In this document: positions 50,499-61,068 of the stretch, one piece after another
Numbering within the stretch: position 1 is the first letter of the stretch
Layout: the number at the start of each line of letters is the position of its first letter
Assembly (NCBI RefSeq): GCF_021869535.1
Contig: NW_026262690.1
Span: 79,918,001-79,982,000 of the forward strand
DNA length: 64,000 nt
Direction of reading: 5' to 3'
Origin: Mytilus californianus
Taxonomy: Eukaryota
Program-made: the position numbers and the translations under genes
The notes under the pieces: generated by a model
The model's database searches: none
What the model was told of the DNA's origin: nothing
Seen by the model: the letters and a program-made list of their open reading frames with translations, nothing else

Positions 50499-50640
50499 TT
50501 TAGACAGAAGATAACAATAAAAAAAAGCCGGAACACAAAAAAGAATAAGTGTAGCAGGCTCAATAGACTCATTGCAGAATACCGAGTCTCCGTTGAGCAT
50601 GTTATTTGCGAATTGAAATGTTATAAAGTCATATTGTCTT
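50499..50640 (+). pseudogene. Relic of a PIF/Harbinger (DDE_Tnp_4-type) transposase
   Basis: Translation ...KCSRLNRLIAEYRVSVEHVICELKCYKVI matches the N-x3-(S/A)-x2-R-x2-VE-x2-I-x2-LK pattern around the third catalytic Glu. Short, recognised by eye. Confidence 0.55.
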
Positions 50641-50689
50641 TAGCAGTCAATTTTTAATGTCTCTGGTAGTTGGCAATGTATATACTAGT

Positions 50690-50840
50690 GGCTGTATTTT
50701 GATATACGCCTAAGGCGGTCTTTGGTTACCAAAAGGTACCTTTGGGTACCCATGATTTGATATTTTGATATATAAAATATGAAACCCTTGGTACCTATGG
50801 ATAACCATAGGCCGCCTCAGGCGTATATCCAAACACAGCC
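50690..50840. mobile_element. PIF/Harbinger-like MITE, copy 3 (151 bp)
   Basis: Same TIR with two mismatches on the left; flanks agt and att. Confidence 0.75.
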
Positions 50841-51317
50841 ATTGGCTCATGGTCAATAGTATACTATCGATTTTATCCATCTTTTGATAGCTCTGTTGGT
50901 AATTGTTTTAATTAATGTCAATACTTTATTTTTCAAGCTCAAATACCTGATGTGGTCAGTTTGGTGTCATGCTTTTAAACTACCTGGGCTAAAAAATCTT
51001 TTCTCTCTGCTGGCCTATTTTTTCCTTTGGTAGTTGATATAAGATATTGCTTACATCAAAATTGCATCTAATGAGTTTGATCTTTAACGTAGGGTAAACA
51101 TATTGAGTGTTCCTTCCTTGGAAAAGTTTGGCCTGAGATAAATTACTATAACAGTGTTTTATTAGGTTTCGTTCATAAATGATGACATGCTAGTTCTTCG
51201 TAAAAGGTAGTGATTTAAATGCTATGGCATTTTCAACTTAAAATACAATTTCTTTTAACGTTAATAAAAGTACTGGAAATATTACAAATGCAATCAATAT
51301 TCCCCATAAAGATTATG

Positions 51318-51760
51318 TGAACATAGATATATGAAGATGTGGTATGAGTGCCAATGAGACAACTCTCCATCCAACTCACCGAACAGCAAGCTATAAAGGG
51401 CCCCAAAAATTACTAGTGTAAAACCATTCAAACGGGAAAACCAACGGTCTAATCTATATGAAAAACGAGAAACGAGAAACACTTATGAACCACATCAACA
51501 AAAGACAACTACTGAACATCAGATTCCTGACTTAGGACAGGTGCAAACAATTGCAGCGGGTTTAAACGTTTTAACGGTACCAAACCTTCACCCTTATCTG
51601 AAACAATAGTGTAACATCACAACATAGAAAAACACACTATAAAATATCAATTGAAATGGCTTAACTCAATCAAAAGACATATTAACACCAGTGAACATAC
51701 ACTAAACAAATAAATTTGATCTATGGTACAATGCAAATACAAAATAAATAAACTAAGGGA
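51318..51760. repeat. Family A repeat, long subfamily, with an internal deletion
   Basis: Reverse complement of the 45775-46165 copy, lacking the segment between ccatcca and actcaccg. Confidence 0.75.
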
Positions 51761-52564
51761 AGAATAATTAAAGTAACATGTTATACCGCTGTGAAATGTT
51801 AAACAATTTAAGAAGAACAATATACTTGAAAAAAAATATCAGCCATATGCAATTACTTTAAAATCAGATAAATAAAAATAATTTTGTTGTTAGGTATACG
51901 TGTACAGTTCTACTTGTATCTTAATTTCAATCTACATAAACCATGCAAGAAAAAGAACATTGCTTAATTAGGTACAAGCACATAAGAATGTGATGGAGTT
52001 GAACATTATTAAATCATACATTATCACATTTACTGTTCAAGGGCCAAATTTAATGGTAAAAAGTCCAGAGATAACATCAACACTTTTTCACAGCTTAGGA
52101 CATTTTTCAGAATGCAGAACATGTTAAAAATACAAATTTAAAGCAAGTATCTACAAAAATTAATTCCAATCTATGAATATTTGTAAATGTTTTGTACCTA
52201 CGAAAATAAACGAATCAACAGTAATCTGTAATGTTTTTAACAATATCTGAATATATTGGCCTACTAGTAATATATGCAACACATATAACTAATGGCATAC
52301 AGTTTGACATGCACACACTTTCAATAATAAGCATCTGTCCTGCACCAATGGTAAAAACATCTGATAAGAAAGAAAAGAATGGATGACTTATTTTGATAAC
52401 TGCAAATGCACAGTACATAAAAGTTCAACTTACTTTATAGAATGGCTTATAAGAAAAGAAAGTTTTTCTTTAAAATATTAAATGATTCAAAAATAAAATT
52501 TCTAAAAAAACATGTACTAAATAACAACAAAATTTTGTAAATGAAATGATACAAACTATTCTGA

Positions 52565-52762
52565 TTACTTTTGATACATTTTTTTTATTTTTGACAAATT
52601 TTCTAGCATTTTTTTTCAAGTCTCTGATATCTAAGGAATCTTCGTAATCCGATTCAGAATCTGAATCCTCATTCTTCTGTGTGTTGTCATCTATAAAAGA
52701 ATCATTGTAATCATAGGTATTAGGTAAGCCATCATCTTCCTCATCTTCATCAGCGGTTTTAG
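52565..52762 (-). pseudogene. APLF-like acidic C-terminal (histone-chaperone) exon, isolated and apparently damaged
   Basis: DEDEEDDGLPNTYDYNDSFIDD...EDSD...DIRDLKKNARKFVKNKK resembles the APLF tail (PNEYDLNDSFLDD...DVEELLKEAKRFMKRK, recalled). The pyrimidine tract ends in CAA rather than CAG. No FHA or PBZ exons were found in the window. Confidence 0.6.
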
Positions 52763-53138
52763 TTGAAATAGAAAAAATCCAAATTTTTATCAAATGACGT
52801 TAATGTAATAAATATCAGTCAACCTTGTTTAAATAAATCTCGTCAGTGGTGGTCTTCAATTTAATCTTAATGGGTTTTTATTGTCATGTAAAGAGTCTTT
52901 AGATTACATCAGGTCTTTGATTATAGTCTCTTATGAATTTATTCACAGCTATTTTAGACTCTTGGCGATTTAGAACTTGTCATATTGTGTAGACATCAAG
53001 ACCATTTTTTCAGCTCTAGATGTCCTTTTGTATTGTTGGGTTGCTGTTTTATTGACATTGTTACCTCATATTTCCATGTATTCATATATACCACTAACAG
53101 GTCAATGTCTATCCACCGCAAAAACAATATCATATACA

Positions 53139-53800
53139 AACAAGAGTCCACACGCTGAAATGTCTCGCCTGTTTTACTGACCATTGATTTTATGTCGAAA
53201 GTCTTAAAGATAAAGGTTTTACTAAAAGCATTACAGAAACTTAACATTTTTAAAAATCTATGACAATGAGGTGAAGGTCAGATGAATTGTGTCCGACAGA
53301 CATATACACATTACAATTTTTTTACACACCAAATATAGTTGACCTATTGTGTATGCTAATTGAAAAACAGACCAAAACACAAAATCTTAACATTGACCAA
53401 TGAACCATGCAAATGAGGTCAAGGTTGGAAAAAACCTGCCAGACTGATATGTACCCTTTACAATCATTCCATACACCAAATATAGTTGACCTACTGCTTA
53501 TAGTATTTGAGAAACGGACCTAATCACGTAACTTTAACCTTGATCACTGATCCATTAAATGAGGTCGAGGTCAGGTGAACTCTATCTAACGGATAACGGA
53601 TATGTAAACGTTGCAAGGAACCCATATACCAAATATAATTATCCTATTACTCATAATAAGTGAGAATTCACATGTCAAAAAACTCATTTTTTTTCAAGCA
53701 GTCGCTGAAGCATGAAAATGAGGTCAAGGACAATGGACATATGATTGACCGAAACTTTGTAACATAAGGTATTTGCATACAAGATATGAAGCATCAAGGG
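53139..53800 (+). mobile_element. HINE-like family 1 copy 3 (4 units, 3' end interrupted)
   Basis: Same 5' end (caagagtccacacgctgaaatgtctcgcc) and units of about 147 bp. The 3' hairpin is replaced by another repeat. Confidence 0.7.
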
Positions 53801-53804
53801 TTTT

Positions 53805-54230
53805 TTATATAGATTAGACCGTTGGTTTTCATGTTTGAATGGTTTTACACTTGTCATTTTTGGGGCCCTTTATAGCTTGCTGTTCGGTGTGAGCCAAGGC
53901 TCCGTGTTGAATGCCGTACTTTGACCTATAATAGTTTACGAGTAACGAGAAAGACTTATGAACCACATCAACAAACGACAACCACTGAACATCAGATTCC
54001 TGACTTAGGACAGGTGCAAACAAATGCAGCGGGTTTAAACGTTTTAATAGGCGCCAACCTTCATCCTACCTGAAATAATAGTGTAACATCACATCATAGA
54101 AAGACACACTATAAAATATCAATTGAAATGGCTTAACTCAATCAAAAGACATATTAACAAAAACAAGTGAGCATACACTGAACGAATAAATTTGATCTAT
54201 GACACAATGTAAATACAACATTAATAAAAC
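53805..54230. repeat. Family A repeat with an internal inversion
   Basis: 53808-53940 has the same orientation as 45975-46110, while 53945-54230 has the opposite orientation. Confidence 0.75.
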
Positions 54231-55164
54231 AATTAGATGTTCACTAAACATTATTCGGTCAGAGTGCAATAAAATACTGTAATTATACATTGAATTTTGT
54301 CTTTAACAGTAACATATTGTGATTATATATTGTGTAATAACAAATTTGATATTTGCATTCTATGAAATTCTATTAATATTGCTTCTTAGGAGAAGACTGT
54401 CTAAGTTAGACCTACTTGTGTCTAATCCTTTTTGTAATATTTTGTAAATGAAATATGTTAAAAACTGAACAGTAACATAGTTGCTTTATGCCTTCAAAGT
54501 TCTTGCATTTAGACTTGAGGCCTTACAGAGTCTGTGTCCCTTATCGGGATCTATATGCATCTTCAACAATGGCCAATCTCCAACATTATAGACCAGAATA
54601 TGATTTATGACCAAAAACCTTTTTTTTTTGTTAATTTAGTATTGAGGATCATTTTAGTTGTTTACAGATTCTCTCAATCTACTATATTTTTTGCCTAAAA
54701 TACAAAAAAAAAAGGATCACAAGAGTACACAGATTGAAATGTCTTACAACACTCTATCCTGCTTTACTTATGATTGATTTTATATGGAAAATGTTAAAGT
54801 AAATGCTAAACACAAGTATCATATAAAGTTAAAATTATCATTTGGTCATTTTGGCATTCATGAAGATCTTTAATGGCGGATATTTTTTATATTTAGCTTT
54901 AGTTTTTGAGATAATTGGCACTGAGAAAAGTTTTTAAAGTGGTTGTCGTTTGTTGATGTGGTTCATAAGTGTTTCTCGTTTTTTGTTTTTTTATTTAGAT
55001 TGGACCGTTGGTTTTCCTGTTTGAATTGTTCCTGAACAATTTCCTGTAACGGCTTTGTTTTTGGTTTAAATTTTACAATAACAGTAAGAATTCTTAATAT
55101 AAAACAACCCTCAACCTTTAAGGTCATTGAAGATAAATGACAACAAGTGATCTCAATTAAATCA

Positions 55165-57250
55165 CTTATAAGTAAGTAAGTAGATTATTTATTATAGTGA
55201 CTTGTGTAATTACAATAATTTAACATAATATATACATATACACCCGACCCAATGGTTCTATAAGTCACCTAAATATTAAAGTTCATACTCAATTTGTGTC
55301 ACGGATTTGATAAAAAGTCTCAATTATCGATTTGTCTAACCAGAAAATATAATGATTAAATTAGGATATATATTTATCAATAAAGTTTTAAATAATAAAT
55401 TAGACTTGTCCAAATACAACTTGACGTCGTTTCTTTATGGCGTCCACCAGATATCTAACAGTTTTTCGTTGAAAATTGGTTAACATATGGTAAAGTTTTT
55501 CGTCATTGCTCATTTGCAAGTAGTTGACATCTGATATAATATCTTCGAAATGTTTACTACTAAGTTCAGTATAAAACGAACAGTCAAGAAGAAAATGTTA
55601 TTCGCCTTCAATGCTGTTTTTCGCTACAAAATCTACAAATGCGTTCCTCTCGTAGTTCACCAATGTACCTTCCCGTCTATATTCTTAGTGGTAGAACCCC
55701 ATACCGTAATTGTACTAGGCACGATCGCTGAGATTTGCTGAGATTCAGTAAATTAACGTATGATTCTTGTTCAACCATTGTTTTCAGTTTAACGTACGTT
55801 CTGAGCTTAGAAACGTTAATAATGTCCCTTTTCCACATAGAAAGGTAGTAGTTATGTAAACATGAATCAAATAACGACATATTGATGATTTCCTTACGTT
55901 CGAAATGATTGATTAAATCTGGTTTATTAAGAACGCCAAAGCACCAGTTGTTTCGGCATCACTCATAATCATAGTCGAAAGCAAGTTTAGTTATCCGATC
56001 ATCGTCGAACGATATAAGTCTATTTCAAAGACGGACCATATTAATGTAGTGACAAGGTAGCCATCCGATATCGCCATAAATCGCCAACAAAGGTGCAAAG
56101 CGATGTACTCCTAAAAAATAGCGTATCGCCCTATTTTGAATATTCTCCAAAGTTTGGAACTTACGGCATCCCCAAACTCCTGATCCATAGTCTTATATAT
56201 AGGCACTACACAGGCATAGCACAGTTTTTCGTACGATTTTATTCCAAACTTTATAAACTGATGAATATTTGATATTATTTTACCCAATGCTCGTCCGGCA
56301 CCCATTGATAAAGCTTCAGTGTGCGTTGGAAAGGTTCCGTTGTAAGTATACACGACTCCTTAATATTTGTATTCATTTACAGTTTCAAGTTTATTTTGAC
56401 CCATGCTGAATTTGAAGTCTGTAGATGTAGCTCTAGATTTTCTAAAATAGACGCATTTCGATTTATTTGTGTTTATCGAAACCCTCCATCGTTTGCACCA
56501 GTCCTGAAGTTTGTCTAACATTTGTTGTAAATCCTTCTCATTTTTTGCCAAAAGTGCAATATCGTCAGCATAAAGCAATATGGAAAGATTGCTATCTTTT
56601 AATCCAATTCCAAGATTCATATCGTTTAACTCCAGGTCATTAACAAATATCGAAAACAATGTCGGGGATACATGTCCCCTTGTTTTACACCCGTTTCGCA
56701 ACAGAACCAGTAGGTAAGTTTTCCGTTTAATCTCCCACATGATTCAGAACTCTTGTAAAAGTTTTTTATAGAGTTGCACACTTTTCCATTGATGTTATAT
56801 CGCAGTAGTTTGTACAACACCATCTCTCTGTCGATGAAATCAAAACATTTTTTCAAGTCGATAAAAGCAACAAATAAGTTCTCATTATTTCGGACTGCAC
56901 TATTAAGAGTGAAAATATGGTCCTCACATGAACGATTACGTTTTGTTCGTCGGCTAACAAGTCATTATCTTCTAAATAATTCGTGACCCTTCTATTGATG
57001 AGAGCGCTGTAAAGTTTACTTATACAAGACAACAAGCTTATCCCTCTGTAATTCATCGGGTCTCTAGAATCAATGTTACAATCTTTCAGAATTAGACAAA
57101 TAATAGATTTTCTCCATATAGACGAAATAATGCTTGTGTCGAATATAAACTGAAACAGATGATGTAGCGTTTTTATAATCAAAAGGAACTTTAAGACAAT
57201 GTTAGGAATTTGGTCATATCCACATGCGGAACGGTTTCGTGAATGCATAT
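55165..57250 (-). mobile_element. 5'-truncated, degenerate non-LTR retrotransposon (L2/CR1-group LINE)
   Basis: Reverse-transcriptase motifs NYRGISLLS, AFIDLKKCFD, GVKQGD, LLYADDIAL and EYKY, spread over several frames with stops. The C-terminal part LRYGVLPLRI...HFLLDCSFY ends with TAA at about 55400. The 3' end has AATAAA (55193-55188) and a (CTTA)n tail. Confidence 0.9.
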
Positions 57251-57438
57251 ATATCCTTATTGTACAACCGTAAATGTTAAAGATCAGTTAAATACATTGA
57301 TATCAGAAAAGATGTATTTAATGTTTACACATTTATGTAGGTTTTAGATTTCAACCACTAATCTATACCCAAAACACACTAACCCTATTGCCTAGACACA
57401 AACCAGGAAATGAAATACCTGTGTTGCACATTACAATA

Positions 57439-59130
57439 ATGGCATTCTCACAATCATTCAGAAAAGGACAAGTACCTGTCAATTGTAACGTATGTGAAAC
57501 AGCAAGACCTATCAAGTGGAAATGCATAGACTGCAGTATTCTCATGTGTAACAACTGTAGAGAACAAGTACATTCTAAATTCAAAAATGCACAAGAGCAT
57601 AAAACAATAGACATCAAGGATGTAGGACTGCACACAGAGGAAATTGATTTCACCAATATTAAGTGTATACAACATTCATCACAATCTTGCTGCCTTTTTT
57701 GCAAGACATGCGACTTTCTTGTGTGTCCAACCTGTTTTGCCAAAGATCATAAGAGACATGACTTAACTGAGATAAGTGAAGTGTACAATATGAAAATACA
57801 GAGACTGAAAGAAGGACAAGGTAGAATTCAAAGCAGTAATTCTAAATCAGCTATCCAAATAGGCCAGCTTCAGAATCTTGTAAATGAGGAAAATCGGAAG
57901 CATTTAAAAGTCAGAACAGATATAATTGATCATAAAAAATTTATTAAAGAACAAGTAGAGAAATATTTCAACGAACTTAGTAACAAACTGGATCAGAGTC
58001 ATGAAAATGTTCTTTCATCACTGACGTCTGATCTTAATGCTGTCTCCTTGTTCAATACACAGACAAAGGATAAAACAACTGAAGTCCAAGATTTCATTCA
58101 AATCACTGATGCTTCCAAATTCTTCAGAGAGGTCAACGAGATGGAGCAATCCCTTGACATACCAATACAACAAATTCAATCAAGTTACATTTCATCACCA
58201 AAATTTGTTACAGGGAATATCACTAAGTCTAATATTGGATCTTTCGAAGATGATAAAATTGTATACATGGAACCAAATATATCTCTAGTTATCAAGGAGG
58301 AATACCAGTCTGAACTCCCAGCAATAGTCTTTATCAGACCATGTGTTGATAATTCATACTGGATATGTGATACTAAGGAAAGTATGTTACAAAATGTAAA
58401 ACCTGACGGGGCCAAACTAAGCAAAATATCACAATATGAGATAAAGGTCTATGGTATAGCAGTACTTCCATCTAATGATGTCCTCTTAGCGACAGAAAGG
58501 GGAACAAGGCTACAAAAACTCACTATAACCACTGGTAAACTAATAGACACTGTATATGATGTGGCACCTTTAGTTCCTGTTACCATCCACATAACAAGTG
58601 GTAATAAAGTAGTTGTAGGAGGTAGCAGTAAGAACCTAGGAAGAAGAGCTGTGTTTGTAATGAATGAGCAGGGAGGACATGAGACTGTGTATGAACATGA
58701 CCAACATCATCAACCAATATTTACTTACCCAAGGAGTATAAGCAGTACCAGAAATGGAAACATATTTGTTTTAGATTATCATCTAGGTCGCAATAGTGGA
58801 AGAGTAGTAGTCTTAGAACAAGGAGGTGATATAATAAATGAATATACTGGCCATTCAGACATCAATACGGATCAACCATTCAATCCTAGGGACATAGTGG
58901 CAACTCCTGAGGACAATGTGGTTGTAAAAGGTCAAAATGATTCATTTTTATACATTCTGAACAACCAAGGTTACCTAATGACATACTACAACATTAAAAA
59001 CATAGGAATAATCCATCCATTCTCTCTTGCTTTGAATACTTCAGGACAACTCTGCATTGGCTGTAGTAGGGCTGCAGGAAGTAATACTAAGGAAGCCAAG
59101 TTGTATGAAGTTAACATTTCTGGATTTTAA
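57439..59130 (+). CDS. RING-less TRIM-like protein (B-box1, B-box2, coiled coil, NHL-like beta-propeller), 563 aa, single coding exon
   Basis: Uninterrupted ORF with a likely start at MAFSQSFRKGQVPV (ATG 57439). Contains CNVC...CIDC...CNNC...H..H and CIQH...CKTC...CPTC...H..H, a helical middle region and C-terminal repeats (YGIAV, FTYPRSI, FNPRDIVAT, PFSLAL). Splice acceptor ttatgtAG at 57339-57340 implies an upstream 5'UTR exon. Confidence 0.9.
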   Translation: MAFSQSFRKGQVPVNCNVCETARPIKWKCIDCSILMCNNCREQVHSKFKNAQEHKTIDIKDVGLHTEEIDFTNIKCIQHSSQSCCLFCKTCDFLVCPTCFAKDHKRHDLTEISEVYNMKIQRLKEGQGRIQSSNSKSAIQIGQLQNLVNEENRKHLKVRTDIIDHKKFIKEQVEKYFNELSNKLDQSHENVLSSLTSDLNAVSLFNTQTKDKTTEVQDFIQITDASKFFREVNEMEQSLDIPIQQIQSSYISSPKFVTGNITKSNIGSFEDDKIVYMEPNISLVIKEEYQSELPAIVFIRPCVDNSYWICDTKESMLQNVKPDGAKLSKISQYEIKVYGIAVLPSNDVLLATERGTRLQKLTITTGKLIDTVYDVAPLVPVTIHITSGNKVVVGGSSKNLGRRAVFVMNEQGGHETVYEHDQHHQPIFTYPRSISSTRNGNIFVLDYHLGRNSGRVVVLEQGGDIINEYTGHSDINTDQPFNPRDIVATPEDNVVVKGQNDSFLYILNNQGYLMTYYNIKNIGIIHPFSLALNTSGQLCIGCSRAAGSNTKEAKLYEVNISGF

Positions 59131-59615
59131 TACTTTTTTTCAAATGATTATTCCTTGTGAACATTCAGTACCAGAACATGTCATAATTGATGAACCTTTT
59201 AACTATACAAACATTCATTATAAGGACAAATGGGATTTTTATTTTAAACAACAAACAGTAAAATATCAAGTTGTTATTCTAGTTTTGCCTTAAGATCAAC
59301 TTCTTTTTTAGCCATGGCGTCGTCAGTTTATTTTCGACTTATGAATTTGAATGTCCCTCTGGTATCTTTCGCCTCTCTTTTACAGTAATTGGGCTATGTC
59401 ACAGATTTTGATAAAATTTTTGCATACAACTTTGGCTCGTTGAACTATAACTGAAAATCGAAAAAATAATGCATTTATCTCTTTAATTTTCTGAAATATT
59501 ACCAACTGAATTCCCTCAAAATAATACGTTTGTATAGAAAGCGTTTGAAATCGGCGAAAATCGTTTTTTAATTTGTCTTAAAATCATCAAATCTCCAATT
59601 TCTAGTACATGGATT

Positions 59616-59931
59616 TTTCTTAAAAAATTATGTGTGGTAGATACATAAATTTCCGTGTTATTGATGTAAAATAATAATAGGATCACCGACTTTGTTTTTA
59701 CGCTATACACACTCAAAGTGGTGTTCTAGGTGAAAAAAATACCACAAAACGTCGAAATAAGCGTATCGTCATTGCGTTATAAGCCGTAAAACATCGACTT
59801 TTTACGTTTTTCTCTACCAACTACATTACAGATTGGTCAATACACCGAATACAAAGTCGGTGATCCTATCATTATTTTATATCATTTAAACGGAAATTTA
59901 CATATCAACAACATATAATTTTTTTAAGAAA
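59616..59931. repeat. Long imperfect inverted repeat (arms of about 80 bp, spacer of about 155 bp)
   Basis: Perfect 19-bp core ataggatcaccgactttgt (59677-59695) versus acaaagtcggtgatcctat (59851-59869), with matching outer arms. Confidence 0.75.
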
Positions 59932-61068
59932 TAACAAATCCATATAAAGTTACAGTTCCCAAGTTGCACTCATTTTGCAAAATAAGCAGCAGAAACCTTA
60001 CAAGCTTTCTTAGAGATTTGTATTTTTATATAATTTGCCATTATGTACGTCTTTCGACATACCTAAATATGCACGAAAAGGCATATCAAGAAACTAATTA
60101 AGTATCCAGTGTAAAAAAAATCTACAGAAACGTCACATGCGATGTTCACAAAAAGTCTACTTTTAAAAATGAGCAATTAAATTTTTTGAGACATCCATTT
60201 TTTTACAAAATGAATAGTAAGCATGGACTATTGTCAAATTGTTCTGAAAATGTGGAGAAATGATACAAAACATCAGTTATTCGATTTTAACAGATGTGAA
60301 TTTTAGTATGGATGTAATTTAGGTACTCCCCATTACAGAATCTTGGTTATTTGGAGGTCGATTCAAACCCATTTTTCTATGATTCAGTATGGATTCAAAA
60401 TTGATTTTGCGGAACTATATAGTAAATAAGGATACATCTACAAAATAAACACAGAATGGGACCTTTTGTCTGGATCTTAAATAAACACAGGTGAAAAAAC
60501 TGTCAAAATTGGTGCAATTTGGGTAACCTGTTATATATATGTTATTGAGGGACAAAAACTTCAACCTAACCTGACAGCTCGAGCTAGAAAATGAGGTCAA
60601 CGTCAGGTGACAATGACTGGATGACAATGTCTCATCGTGAACTACTCATTACTAGATTTTGTCGTTCTAGGTGAAAGTGGGAAAAGATATAAAGGTCATT
60701 CGCAAATTATGTATCCCACCACAGTTGCCAGAAAAGTAATAACTTTGTCTTACCTATTGGCTCTTTTATCACAGCCAAAAAGGATAAGGTCAGATGTCAA
60801 CAAACAAAACTGAATTAGGACTGAATTATGATAAGTTCAAGGAAACATCAGTGATTGAAAGAATGAATGTAAGAGAAACGTGTACAAATGAATACTGATG
60901 TCAGTTTTTAACGACCAGGTAGTTGCAAATACTTATACAGTCAAACCAATACACGGAGGCCAACATCAAGACCAAAGGAAAGTAACCTTTAACAGTGGTG
61001 AGATATCCATTGAGGTTCAAAATGAAAATGAACAGGTTTGAGTATGTAGTTAAAAACACTGTTATCAA

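Noticed and set aside
55400-55500. CpG-rich promoter or 5'UTR exon for the TRIM-like gene (CRE-like TGACGTC, donor GTAAAG)
   Set aside because: The minus strand continues the LINE ORF to its stop at about 55400, which explains the CpG content.
57388-57438. N-terminal extension of the TRIM-like ORF given in the ORF track
   Set aside because: It starts at TTG. The first ATG at 57439 gives a typical MAFSQS start, so the extension is probably 5'UTR.
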